The notes under the pieces are model-generated. The model saw only the letters and a list, made by a program, of their open reading frames with translations, was not told the origin of the DNA and did not search any database. The position numbers were made by a program, and so were the translations under genes. A stretch of 64,000 bases of DNA, from NCBI GenBank assembly GCA_035444565.1, contig DAOMOX010000003.1:95488-159487 (forward strand). The letters run 5' to 3'. Shown here piece by piece: positions 1 to 9,572 of the stretch. The DNA comes from Candidatus Dojkabacteria bacterium (GTDB lineage: Bacteria; Patescibacteriota; Dojkabacteria; B142; OLB20). How positions within the stretch are numbered: the first letter of the stretch is position 1; the number at the start of each line of letters is the position of its first letter.

Positions 1-2
1 CC

Positions 3-254
3 ATCATAGAAAAATTACCAGATGTGAACATTTTGATAGCTGAAATTGAAGATTCGAAATTAGACAAAAAGTTACAAATTGTATCAGACATAGAACCTGA
101 CATCTTTGTGCCTCTTGTTGATAAATCTAAGTTAGAAGACATCAAAAAAGCATTGGGCGTTGCGAATATTGAATCTGTGCCTACTTTAAACGTTGCTCAA
201 AAGGACTTTGATAGTGAATCATCTGAACTATTAGTGTATTTATTAAATAACTAA
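3..254 (+). CDS. Hypothetical protein, 3' fragment. The frame is open back to the window start; the ORF track calls it 24..254.
   Basis: No stop codon lies upstream in frame before the window edge. No motif recognised. Confidence 0.3.
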   Translation: MIEKLPDVNILIAEIEDSKLDKKLQIVSDIEPDIFVPLVDKSKLEDIKKALGVANIESVPTLNVAQKDFDSESSELLVYLLNN

Positions 255-257
255 AAA

Positions 258-1574
258 TTGGAAATCAAGTTACCTCCACAAAATCTCGATGCAGAGAAAT
301 CTGTTTTAGGTGCCATTCTTCTTGACTCAGAGGCAATATATAAAATTGCAGAGATAATTACTTCCGAAGATTTCTACGACAAAACGAACGGATTAATATT
401 TAAATCCTGTATTGAGCTATTCTCTAATCAAAAAGCTGTTGACGTGTTAACGCTCTCTAGTGTTCTCAAAAAAAAGAAAAAACTAGCAGATGTTGGTGGA
501 GTAAAGTTCTTGTCGGATCTAGTAAGCAGTGTTCCTACTTCAGCACATGTTGAAGAATACGCTCGATTAGTAAAAGAAACATCCTTAAGAAGAAAAATAA
601 TTTCATTGTCATCAAATTTGGAAAGGATGTCATATGAAGAGGACAAGGAACTTTCAGAGCTTCTTGATCAAGCTGAAAAAGCACTTGTTCAAATTTCTGA
701 AACAAGTAGTAAAAGTGACTTCGTTCATATAAGTACATTACTTGAAGATGCATATGAAAGAGCAGAGGAATTGAACAAAAACCCAGGAGCAGTAAGAGGT
801 GTAGCTACTGGCTTTTTATATTTAGACAATTTACTAGGTGGATTACAAAAATCGGATTTAATTATCCTAGCCGCAAGACCATCCGTGGGTAAGACCGCGT
901 TTTCATTAGATATAGCAAGGCATGCCGCAGTTACCGATAAAAAAACAGTCGCTGTCTTTTCATTGGAAATGTCTAGTGCACAGTTGATGGATAGGTTACT
1001 CTCAATGCAAGTAGGAGTGGGCTTGTGGGATCTTAGAACCGGTAGAATCAAGGACGAATTTTTTCCAAAGATATCAGATGCTATGGGAATGCTTTCGGAA
1101 ACAAATCTTTACATTGATGATACCCCAGGTATAAGTATTATGGAGTTGAGGTCAAAAGCAAGGAAATTAAAATTAGAAAAAGGTTTGGATATGATTGTGG
1201 TTGATTATCTCCAATTGATTGTGGGGAATAATCGAGAGGGTCGGGTTCAGGAAGTGTCAGAAATATCAAGATATCTTAAGGGTATTGCTAGGGAGCTGAA
1301 TGTTCCAGTTTTAGCACTTTCACAATTAAGTCGAGCAATTGAACAAAGATCAGATGGAAATCCGATGTTGTCCGATCTTCGAGATTCCGGTTCAATCGAA
1401 CAGGATGCTGATATCGTTCTGTTTCTAAGTAGAGTAGGAGGAGATGGGGAAAATAGCGATAATAGAACACTTACCGTCGCAAAGCATAGAAATGGTCCTA
1501 CTGGTGCAGTTGAATTATTCTTTGTTAAAGAGATGGCAAGATTTAAAGAAATTGATAGATACCATCAGCAATAA
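258..1574 (+). CDS. dnaB: Replicative DNA helicase DnaB
   Basis: N-terminal DnaB fold (LDAEKSVLGAILLD), Walker A ARPSVGKTAFSLDIA, and RecA-like C-terminal motifs. TTG start. Confidence 0.9.
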   Translation: MEIKLPPQNLDAEKSVLGAILLDSEAIYKIAEIITSEDFYDKTNGLIFKSCIELFSNQKAVDVLTLSSVLKKKKKLADVGGVKFLSDLVSSVPTSAHVEEYARLVKETSLRRKIISLSSNLERMSYEEDKELSELLDQAEKALVQISETSSKSDFVHISTLLEDAYERAEELNKNPGAVRGVATGFLYLDNLLGGLQKSDLIILAARPSVGKTAFSLDIARHAAVTDKKTVAVFSLEMSSAQLMDRLLSMQVGVGLWDLRTGRIKDEFFPKISDAMGMLSETNLYIDDTPGISIMELRSKARKLKLEKGLDMIVVDYLQLIVGNNREGRVQEVSEISRYLKGIARELNVPVLALSQLSRAIEQRSDGNPMLSDLRDSGSIEQDADIVLFLSRVGGDGENSDNRTLTVAKHRNGPTGAVELFFVKEMARFKEIDRYHQQ

Positions 1575-1610
1575 AAATATGTTAAATTTAATAATTATTA
1601 AATTACTTAT

Positions 1611-1949
1611 ATGACTAATCCACAAAACGCTAGTATGCCTAAAGATCAAAATGTGCTTTCATTTATGATGCAATTGGTTCAAGAAAAATATGGAGATGAG
1701 ACAGAGATAGAGTTCCTAAATCAAGAATCTGACAGACTCTACGATATGTTTGGTAATAACCTTGTAGATTATTTTGAACCTATGCTTTCTGAAGAACAGA
1801 AACTACAATTCGATCAATTAGTTGCGACCAACCCAGAACAAGAAAGACTTTTGGAATTTCTAATAACTAATATTCCAAATTTAGAACAACAAATACTTCA
1901 GGTATTGGTAAATTTCAGAAACGAATATCTAAGTACCCCACAATCTTAA
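1611..1949 (+). CDS. Hypothetical acidic protein
   Basis: ORF only; no recognisable motif. Confidence 0.35.
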   Translation: MTNPQNASMPKDQNVLSFMMQLVQEKYGDETEIEFLNQESDRLYDMFGNNLVDYFEPMLSEEQKLQFDQLVATNPEQERLLEFLITNIPNLEQQILQVLVNFRNEYLSTPQS

Positions 1950-1965
1950 TATAGCCAGTTTAACT

Positions 1966-2457
1966 ATGGCAGGTGCTCAAGCTAGCATTAACAAAATTAA
2001 GGCTGAAACGCTTACCCTAGAAAGCCAAAAACAAGAAGCAATGAAAGGTAGGGGAAAGCTAAAAGAAGCCGTTTCTGCTATGAAAAATCAACGTAATGAA
2101 ATACAGTCCAATTTAAAACGGATGTATGGAGGTCTTGACCAAATAAATGGTGCTATAAATAGCGTAAAGAACCACCCTTTGGGGCCAGACCATCCACAGG
2201 TAGCGGAACAGTTAGGCAAGTTACGTGCACAGAAAGAGCAAATTATTGGTCAAATCTCATACCTTAAAAAAGGTATGAAGGATATTGGAAATAGAATTAA
2301 TGAATATTCAGGAAAACTTGAATCATTGAATCAAAATATTGAAATGATGGGTTCTGCTGTTAGTGCTAGGAAAGCTGCCTTACAAAAGATTGCAGGGCAA
2401 ATGGCTGCCCAAATTGGTTTAAACTCAAATAGAGAATTGGGAAGAAAAAAGGGATAG
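1966..2457 (+). CDS. Hypothetical coiled-coil protein
   Basis: Heptad-like K/E/Q-rich sequence. No catalytic motif. Confidence 0.35.
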   Translation: MAGAQASINKIKAETLTLESQKQEAMKGRGKLKEAVSAMKNQRNEIQSNLKRMYGGLDQINGAINSVKNHPLGPDHPQVAEQLGKLRAQKEQIIGQISYLKKGMKDIGNRINEYSGKLESLNQNIEMMGSAVSARKAALQKIAGQMAAQIGLNSNRELGRKKG

Positions 2458-2601
2458 GGAACTATTAATTTCAGGGATTTCCCGCTATAATCGATGTACG
2501 TTTTCCATGATTAATGGTCTACTAACGTATATATTGCCAAGATGGCGGAATTCCTCTTCGCCCAGAATAGTCGGGCTACGAGGAACAAGTTGGTAAATAT
2601 A

Positions 2602-2685
2602 GCCAAGATGGCGGAATTGGTAGACGCGCCGGACTCAAAATCCGGTCCCTTCACGGGGGTGTGGGTTCGATTCCCTCTCTTGGCA
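2602..2685 (+). tRNA. tRNA-Leu (anticodon CAA), CCA not encoded
   Basis: Acceptor stem GCCAAGA/TCTTGGC, anticodon loop CTCAAAA, long variable arm, and T-arm GGTTCGATTCC. Confidence 0.85.
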
Positions 2686-2714
2686 TGTTAAATAATTAAA
2701 GTAAACATTGTGAA

Positions 2715-3278
2715 ATGGCATATCTAGCAAGTAATTCATTAAGAGAAGGTTCTCTTTTTATTTATGACGGTCAGAAATATATCGTCTTAAAATACCAACA
2801 CATTAAAAAGGGTAGAGGACAAGCAGTCATTAGAGTCAAAGTTCAAAATATTGTCACAAGATCTAATACAGAACTCACTTTTAGTAATGAAGAAAAATTA
2901 GAAGAATTCACAGCAGAGAAGAAGTCCGCACAGTTTTTATATAGTGAAGGAGACAGTTACTACTTCATGGACAATGAAAATTTTGAACAGTACGAACTCA
3001 ACCGAGAGATTCTTGGTACAAAGGCTGATTTTCTCTACGAAGGATTGAAAGTTGTAGTTTTATTCGTAGAAGACGAACCTTTGAGCATTGATTTACCCAA
3101 ATCTGTTGTATTAGAAGTTATCGATACCGAACCTGCAGTTGCTGGTAATACAGCAACAGGAGCTTCAAAAGTCGCCAAAGTTGGGAATAATCTGAACATT
3201 CTAGTTCCGTTATTTATAAAGGTTGGAGATAAAATCAAGATTAACACAGAGACCGGGAAATATTCATCCCGCGAATAA
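2715..3278 (+). CDS. efp: Elongation factor P
   Basis: KKGRGQ loop and the three-domain EF-P sequence pattern; length 187 aa. Confidence 0.9.
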   Translation: MAYLASNSLREGSLFIYDGQKYIVLKYQHIKKGRGQAVIRVKVQNIVTRSNTELTFSNEEKLEEFTAEKKSAQFLYSEGDSYYFMDNENFEQYELNREILGTKADFLYEGLKVVVLFVEDEPLSIDLPKSVVLEVIDTEPAVAGNTATGASKVAKVGNNLNILVPLFIKVGDKIKINTETGKYSSRE

Positions 3279-3297
3279 TATTTTTTATATTTGATAG

Positions 3298-3999
3298 ATG
3301 GTAAATTTTATTTTAGAACTCATCAGTTTTAACGAAGGAATTGATTATTCGGTAGTTACAAAGATTGTGGTTGTATATTTAGTGTTATTATGGGTTTTTG
3401 TATCTGTTTGGGTATTTAATGATGCCAAATCTAGATTTAACAATCTTTTGGTAGCAGGTATCTTGGCTTTGTTGAACTTGGTACTCTCTTTTCCATTTCT
3501 ACTGATTTATTTATTAATTAGACCCAGTCACAGAGACGAATGGGATGATTCTCCTGAAGGAGGAATCAATATTCCTGTTGCTAACTTTACTGGAAAAGAA
3601 GGGGTAGTGATTTCCTTACAGTTGAAAATCGACACTAAGAAAATTCTTGAAGAGAAGATTGATTATAATCTTGATGTAGCATTGAACAAAGAGAATGAAG
3701 AGCCCACAATTGGGAAGATTGAAATATCTGCTCAGGATGGTGCAGTTGTGAGTCTCGACAATCAAAATGATAACACTACTAATAAACGTAAATTATTACC
3801 TAATTTGAAAAGTAAAATTTCAGATATGGTTTCAAGCTTGAAAGAGAGGCTAGATAGAGATGATGATAACTATGATGATAAAGATGATGACGAAGAAGAA
3901 GATAATGATGTTAGTGAAATTAGTACAGAAAATGAGGTAATTTCTACTTCGAAAAAAAAGAAAAAAAATAAGAAAGGTAAAAAGAAAAAGAATAGATAA
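3298..3999 (+). CDS. Membrane protein with an acidic then poly-lysine C-terminal tail
   Basis: Two N-terminal hydrophobic helices; D/E-rich stretch followed by KKKKKNKKGKKKKNR. Confidence 0.4.
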   Translation: MVNFILELISFNEGIDYSVVTKIVVVYLVLLWVFVSVWVFNDAKSRFNNLLVAGILALLNLVLSFPFLLIYLLIRPSHRDEWDDSPEGGINIPVANFTGKEGVVISLQLKIDTKKILEEKIDYNLDVALNKENEEPTIGKIEISAQDGAVVSLDNQNDNTTNKRKLLPNLKSKISDMVSSLKERLDRDDDNYDDKDDDEEEDNDVSEISTENEVISTSKKKKKNKKGKKKKNR

Positions 4000-5270
4000 T
4001 GAAAAAACCGAATTATTTTGTCAAAGAGTCCAAGTTATCAAACAATCTCCCATATACATTTATCAATGGTTTGGATGTGCAGTCGGTAACGATTATGTTA
4101 TTGGTTGCTATTGGTTCGCGACATGAAGACGAAAAGTTTTCGGGTACTGCACATTTTCTTGAACACATGTTTTTTAAAGGATCCTCAATGCACCCTACAA
4201 GTAATAAGCTTGCGATGGCGATGGAGATGTTGGGAGGGTTATCTAATGCATTCACATCATACGACTACACAGGCTACTACATAAAGGTTCCGCTGAAAAA
4301 TTTTGAAAAAGCCGTTGAATTAATTGCGGATATAATTGTAAATCCGATTTTCCGGAAAGAAGAATTTGAGAAGGAAAAAGGAGTTATAGAAGAGGAAATT
4401 CGAATGTATGATGATCTTCCTTCCGAAAAAATAAAAGATGAATTTAATAAATCATTGTTCGTTAACCATCCTCTAGGAAGAAATATTGCGGGTACTACCC
4501 ATACTTTGGCAAATATAGTAGTAGAAACAATATCGGATTTTAAGGCTAATCACTACCTACCAAAAAATATGCAATTGATTATTGCTGGTGCATTAAATGA
4601 GGATTTTGCATTACAAATTGCTGAGAAATATTTTGCACAACTGAAGGATAACAAAATTCAAGAAAAAGCTATTGCTGATTCAATAAGTCGTTTTGGAGAT
4701 TTATCTACAAAACTTTTACATATCAAAAAGAAAACAGAACAATCACACGTTGTCGTAGGAGGAATTTCTTATGAAAGGAATCACCCTCTAGAATATCCTA
4801 TGAAGATTGGTATGACACTTTTATCCGATGGATTTGGGAGTAGACTATTTCAGAATTTGAGGGAAAAGCATGGAATTGCTTATTATATTGGTGGTGGTGT
4901 GGCAACTTATGAGGACGTAGGTAAATTCTATGTCAGAGCTGGAATTGCAAATAGTTCAACACAGAAGGGGATTGATGAAGTCATTAATTCTTTCAAAGAC
5001 ATTTCCTCAGGTTCTTTTTCGCAAGAGGAGTTAGACAGAGCAAAGAATTATCACATTTCATCGATTCTAGACAATATTGAAACAGGAGAAGATAAAGCAG
5101 GATGGTATGGTATATCTAAAATATTGAATAAGAAATACAAAACCCCGGACCAACAATTGAGAGAAATTGAACTAATTACAAAAGAAGATATAATTCAGGC
5201 ATGGGAAGGCGTAATCAGAGATAGTAATATTCTTGTAGCAATTATATCCGAGAAAGATATAAAATATTAA
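3999..5270 (+). CDS. M16-family (insulinase-like) zinc peptidase
   Basis: Inverted zinc motif HFLEHMFFKG (HxxEH). Confidence 0.8.
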   Translation: MKKPNYFVKESKLSNNLPYTFINGLDVQSVTIMLLVAIGSRHEDEKFSGTAHFLEHMFFKGSSMHPTSNKLAMAMEMLGGLSNAFTSYDYTGYYIKVPLKNFEKAVELIADIIVNPIFRKEEFEKEKGVIEEEIRMYDDLPSEKIKDEFNKSLFVNHPLGRNIAGTTHTLANIVVETISDFKANHYLPKNMQLIIAGALNEDFALQIAEKYFAQLKDNKIQEKAIADSISRFGDLSTKLLHIKKKTEQSHVVVGGISYERNHPLEYPMKIGMTLLSDGFGSRLFQNLREKHGIAYYIGGGVATYEDVGKFYVRAGIANSSTQKGIDEVINSFKDISSGSFSQEELDRAKNYHISSILDNIETGEDKAGWYGISKILNKKYKTPDQQLREIELITKEDIIQAWEGVIRDSNILVAIISEKDIKY

Positions 5271-5307
5271 TAAGAACGAAACATAATTAGTTTAATTTTA
5301 TTATTCG

Positions 5308-6207
5308 ATGGATTTATTTAATTATCCAAAGACTCTGGGACTGCTAATATTTGTGGTAGTTTTCACATATCTCTCTTGGAAAACATTTATCGGAAAATTC
5401 AAACACGAAAAGTTATTTGATTTTACTTTCTTGTATCTATTCTTTGGATTTCTGACAGAAAGGACTCTCTTCATTGTTACTAACTGGATAGATGTAAATA
5501 ATTTACAATGGTCTTTTGTAAGTTTTGTAAATACACTTCCAATTTCTTTGCTAAACTTCGATTTGTTTTCAGGATTCTCATTAATCTATTTTTTCATAGG
5601 GGCGATTTTTGGGATTAGTCTTTATAACTTCATAAATACCATCCAAAAAGTTGAATATAATACTCTAGATCGTATTACCAGATTGGCAATACTCTGCCTT
5701 CTACCATCAGTACTTCTGGGTATGATTTTTACTTTCATTGATACAGGTAGGAGTGGAGCAGAATTCGATATCTCTTTGTATATTCCCAACTTAGTTAGAC
5801 TTTTCGAATTTGTACTTCTATTGGCGATCTTTAATTTCTTTAATAATTTTTGGTTGGCAAAGAGTGGGTTATATACAAGCATCTCTGTATTATTTATAAC
5901 TATTGGAGAAATTATTCTTGATTATCTTGATCCTTCTTATGTTCCCAATTTTTTTGGAATTATAAATTATCACCAAATTATTGGTGTTCTCTCTATAATC
6001 CTTTCGATTAACTTGCTCCTTACTTCAATAGCAACATTACAAGAACAAGAGATTAGGAAAAAACTGAAACCACTAAAGCCGAGTATGAACAAAGGGTTTG
6101 CGATATCTTTCGCAAATCGTAGAAGAGTTTCAAATCCGATTAATATTAAAATTAAGAACCTTACATCAAATAAAAGAAAATATCGAGATTCAATAAATAG
6201 GCCATGA
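5308..6207 (+). CDS. Polytopic membrane protein. A prolipoprotein diacylglyceryl transferase role is a guess based only on its position upstream of lspA.
   Basis: Multiple hydrophobic segments; no confident Lgt signature seen. Confidence 0.3.
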   Translation: MDLFNYPKTLGLLIFVVVFTYLSWKTFIGKFKHEKLFDFTFLYLFFGFLTERTLFIVTNWIDVNNLQWSFVSFVNTLPISLLNFDLFSGFSLIYFFIGAIFGISLYNFINTIQKVEYNTLDRITRLAILCLLPSVLLGMIFTFIDTGRSGAEFDISLYIPNLVRLFEFVLLLAIFNFFNNFWLAKSGLYTSISVLFITIGEIILDYLDPSYVPNFFGIINYHQIIGVLSIILSINLLLTSIATLQEQEIRKKLKPLKPSMNKGFAISFANRRRVSNPINIKIKNLTSNKRKYRDSINRP

Positions 6208-6611
6208 TGATATTTCTATTCTTCCTCTTTGTTGTAGATAGTGTGTTGAAGTTATACTTCGTGAATTATGGTAGTTACGTTTTAAACCCAGGAGTAGCTT
6301 TCGGTATCATTGGAGCCAATCCAGGATTGGTTCAGATTACTCATATCTTTTTAACATGTGTGTTAGTTTTATATTTGTATAAAATTGATTCTAATATTCG
6401 GGTTAAATGTTCAATATCAGCAGTGATTCTGGGCTCAATTTCAAACTTGTTAGATAGATTTATGTATAATGGGGTAGTGGATTATATCGGAGTGTGGATT
6501 TTCCCAAAGTTCAATATAGCAGATTTAATGGTAGTATTTGGTGCATTGTTACTTATAATTTTTGAATTTTATGAATATTACAAAAAAAATAAAAGTAGAG
6601 GAACATCATGA
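6204..6611 (+). CDS. lspA: Lipoprotein signal peptidase II
   Basis: Motifs NPGVAFG, NLLDR, GVVDYIG and FNIAD. Confidence 0.8.
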   Translation: MMIFLFFLFVVDSVLKLYFVNYGSYVLNPGVAFGIIGANPGLVQITHIFLTCVLVLYLYKIDSNIRVKCSISAVILGSISNLLDRFMYNGVVDYIGVWIFPKFNIADLMVVFGALLLIIFEFYEYYKKNKSRGTS

Positions 6612-7491
6612 GGGTAAGAGATTAGATTTATTTCTTGCATTTGAGTTTAACAACTTAACAAGATCAGTTGTAAAAAAACAAATAGAGTCAGGAAATGTCA
6701 AAGTTGATAATGTGATTGAATATAGACCCAATTATAAGGTTAAGAAGAATGATGAAATATTTTGCGAATTTATAATTGAGGACAAAGGTGGTGATCAAAT
6801 TGTACCTCAAGATATCCCATTGAAAATCATCTATGAAGATGAGCACTTGGTAGCAATTGATAAGCCAGTAGGAATGGTTGTACACCCATCAACATCTAAT
6901 TGGGATTCGACTTTGTTAAATGCGTTATTCTACAAATACTCCAATTTAACGGCTGTGGGAGATTCAAAAAGATCTGGTTTAATCCATAGATTAGACAAGG
7001 ATACATCCGGAATTGTTTTAGTTGGAAAAACAAACGAAGGATTATGGTATTACTCTAAATTATTCGCCGATAGAAAAATCGAAAAGACTTACTTGGCAGT
7101 CGTTAAGGGGGACTATTATGACAAATTCGGACCTGTAGAACAAATAGTCGATAACTATTTGGGGAGAAATCAAATAAATAGAAAAAAATTTGCTAAAGTT
7201 CCCCCGAGTAAAGGGAAGAAAGCCATAACAGCGATAACATTTTTAAGAACATTAGAATATCAAAGTCAAATTTATAGTCTTTTGAAGGTTATGCCCAAGA
7301 CTGGTCGAACACACCAAATCCGTGTACATCTTTCTGAACTTGGTTTTCCAATTCTGGGAGATATCATTTATGGAAAGGGGACTGCATATCCTCGACTGAT
7401 GTTGCATGCTTGGAAACTGAAGTTAAGGTTGCTGTCTGGTGAAATGACGGAATTAGAAGCTATCCCAGATGAATCATTTAACAATTTGTAA
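6562..7491 (+). CDS. rluD: RluA/RluD-family 23S rRNA pseudouridine synthase. The start is uncertain; this call overlaps lspA by 50 nt.
   Basis: N-terminal S4 domain and catalytic HRLDKDTSG motif. Confidence 0.8.
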   Translation: MNFMNITKKIKVEEHHEGKRLDLFLAFEFNNLTRSVVKKQIESGNVKVDNVIEYRPNYKVKKNDEIFCEFIIEDKGGDQIVPQDIPLKIIYEDEHLVAIDKPVGMVVHPSTSNWDSTLLNALFYKYSNLTAVGDSKRSGLIHRLDKDTSGIVLVGKTNEGLWYYSKLFADRKIEKTYLAVVKGDYYDKFGPVEQIVDNYLGRNQINRKKFAKVPPSKGKKAITAITFLRTLEYQSQIYSLLKVMPKTGRTHQIRVHLSELGFPILGDIIYGKGTAYPRLMLHAWKLKLRLLSGEMTELEAIPDESFNNL

Positions 7492-7499
7492 TCAAAATA

Positions 7500-8753
7500 A
7501 TGTTTGGAAGAAAAATATTCAGTCTTCGGAATAGGGTAAAAAGAAAAAAGACAACAAAGTCTGGCATGAAAATCACTTCCAGCTATGTGTTTTCTGGAAT
7601 ATTTTTGACACTTCTAATAATTTTTATCGCTCTGATAACCCCTGTAGTGAATGCAATGATAAGGTTTGAACCAAATACCGACTTCGGCAATCAAGACGCT
7701 CAAAAATGGGATTACAGTCAAAAATTTAAAGTACTATTAGTCGGCTTAGATAGGAAAAGTGAAGAGCATGTTTTTGTCGATGCAGTTGCGTTACTTGTAG
7801 TAGATCCTAAGTACGATCAGGTTGGAATCGTCAATATTAATCCAGATATTATGGTTAATGATTCAATTGATGAGACACAAATCTCGTTAAGACGTGGTTT
7901 GATAGATAATAAAAATGGAAATATTGTCGGTTTAGCAGAGGAATTATTAGCGACAAAAATTGACAGATATATTTATGTGGACGAGGTATTTTTTGACAAA
8001 ATGTCGAGGTATACTAAAACTATACACCTTGATAATTCGAGTGATGTAGAAGATCTCGATATATACATAAATGATAGTTCGGCTAAGTGGCAAAAAGGTA
8101 GACACAGTATACAAAGTGGGCAAATTATGGATTACGTAAGAAGTGATAATGATGGAGAGGATAAACAACTGGAGAGACAGTTAGAATTATACAAGAGGTA
8201 TGTCCAAAGTATAGACGTCTCGAAACTCATTCTTGGAACCACTGAGGTCTTGAGAATTATTGAAGATGAGGTTAATACAAATCTCACCCGAAATGAGATC
8301 TACTATCTGTATTACTTTCTCAGAAGAGTACCTCCCACATCTTATAGTTATGCAATAACTAAAAGTGATATACTATCAGAGGTCGGACGTGCTGGTGTTT
8401 ATAATGTATACAGGTTTAATGAGGCTCAATTAGACTACAATACGAATTCGATTTTAGAAAATAAGCAGACTGTTTTTGAACAAACAACCATTGAAGTTCT
8501 AAATGCTAGTGGACAATCTGGTAGAGCAAAGAGGTATTCAAGATGGGTTGGAAATGTAGGACTGGAGGTTATTCACGTAGGTAATGCACCTTTTGCAAGC
8601 GATGATACAGTTGTTTATGCACCAAGTCCAAGTGAATATCCAAATTCGTTTAGAAATCTTAAAGAAATCTTCGGTCAGGATGTTAAAATTATTGAAGAAG
8701 AGTATGATTATAGACACATAGGGAGGGTTGTTGTAGTAATTGGAAAACAATAA
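7500..8753 (+). CDS. LytR-CpsA-Psr (LCP) family cell-envelope protein
   Basis: N-terminal TM anchor, LCP core (LLVGLDRK...VDAVALLVVDP), and a LytR_C-like C-terminus. Confidence 0.65.
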   Translation: MFGRKIFSLRNRVKRKKTTKSGMKITSSYVFSGIFLTLLIIFIALITPVVNAMIRFEPNTDFGNQDAQKWDYSQKFKVLLVGLDRKSEEHVFVDAVALLVVDPKYDQVGIVNINPDIMVNDSIDETQISLRRGLIDNKNGNIVGLAEELLATKIDRYIYVDEVFFDKMSRYTKTIHLDNSSDVEDLDIYINDSSAKWQKGRHSIQSGQIMDYVRSDNDGEDKQLERQLELYKRYVQSIDVSKLILGTTEVLRIIEDEVNTNLTRNEIYYLYYFLRRVPPTSYSYAITKSDILSEVGRAGVYNVYRFNEAQLDYNTNSILENKQTVFEQTTIEVLNASGQSGRAKRYSRWVGNVGLEVIHVGNAPFASDDTVVYAPSPSEYPNSFRNLKEIFGQDVKIIEEEYDYRHIGRVVVVIGKQ

Positions 8754-8778
8754 ATATATTAATTATTAATCAAATTAC

Positions 8779-9570
8779 ATGTCGGGACACTCTAAATGGG
8801 CGAAAATCAAAAGACAAAAAGGTGTTAATGATGTCAAAAGGGGTAATCTTTTCACCAAACTTGCAAAAAATATCACTCTAGCCGCAAAAGAGGGTGGTGG
8901 AGACATCGGAATGAACTTTACCCTCAGATTGGCAGTAGATAAAGCAAAAGTTGCCAATATGCCCTCTGACAACATACAAAGAGCAATTGACAAGGGGACT
9001 GGTAAAGGTTCTGATGGAGTAGTTTATCATAGGGTAACATACGAAGCTCTTGGTCCTGGTGGAGTTGCGGTGTTAGTGGATTGTCAGACTGACAACACGA
9101 ATCGAACTGTATCGGAAGTGAGAAATATGATTGAAACTAATGGTGGTAAGATGGCATCAACTGGTAGCATTTCTTGGCAATTTACCGAAAAAGGTTTGAT
9201 TATTGTCGGGCTCACTAAGATACTACCCAGTAAGCAATTTGGGAAAGATAACGATTATCTCTCGATTGATGCGGAGGAAGCAGAAATTGAGCTTTTTGAA
9301 ATTGAAGGTATCGAAGATTTGAACAAAGTGGAGTGGTTGGTTGAGGATGAAGAGGTTGATGCTTTTGAATTAATCACAGTTAAAGAAGATTTCAGTAAAG
9401 TATTAAAAAGTATCGAACAATTAAATTATAAGATTTTGTCAGCCGAATTAGTAAAAGTTCCAAACGAGAAAGTTGAGGTTAATGATGAAAAGACTTTAGA
9501 AAAAATTAACGATTTTGTACAAAACTTAGAAGATCACGACGATGTTGATTCAGTTTGGACAAATAATTAG
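8779..9570 (+). CDS. yebC: YebC/PmpR family DNA-binding regulator
   Basis: MSGHSKWAKIKRQKG N-terminus. Confidence 0.9.
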   Translation: MSGHSKWAKIKRQKGVNDVKRGNLFTKLAKNITLAAKEGGGDIGMNFTLRLAVDKAKVANMPSDNIQRAIDKGTGKGSDGVVYHRVTYEALGPGGVAVLVDCQTDNTNRTVSEVRNMIETNGGKMASTGSISWQFTEKGLIIVGLTKILPSKQFGKDNDYLSIDAEEAEIELFEIEGIEDLNKVEWLVEDEEVDAFELITVKEDFSKVLKSIEQLNYKILSAELVKVPNEKVEVNDEKTLEKINDFVQNLEDHDDVDSVWTNN

Positions 9571-9572
9571 TT

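Noticed and set aside
428-1470. Several 60-108-aa ORFs antisense to or nested in dnaB. The same situation holds for ORFs nested in gyrA, gyrB, pilB, recG, pheT and the ThrRS/PBP genes.
   Set aside because: They lie entirely within well-supported genes on the opposite strand or in another frame. They have low-complexity composition and are treated as spurious.
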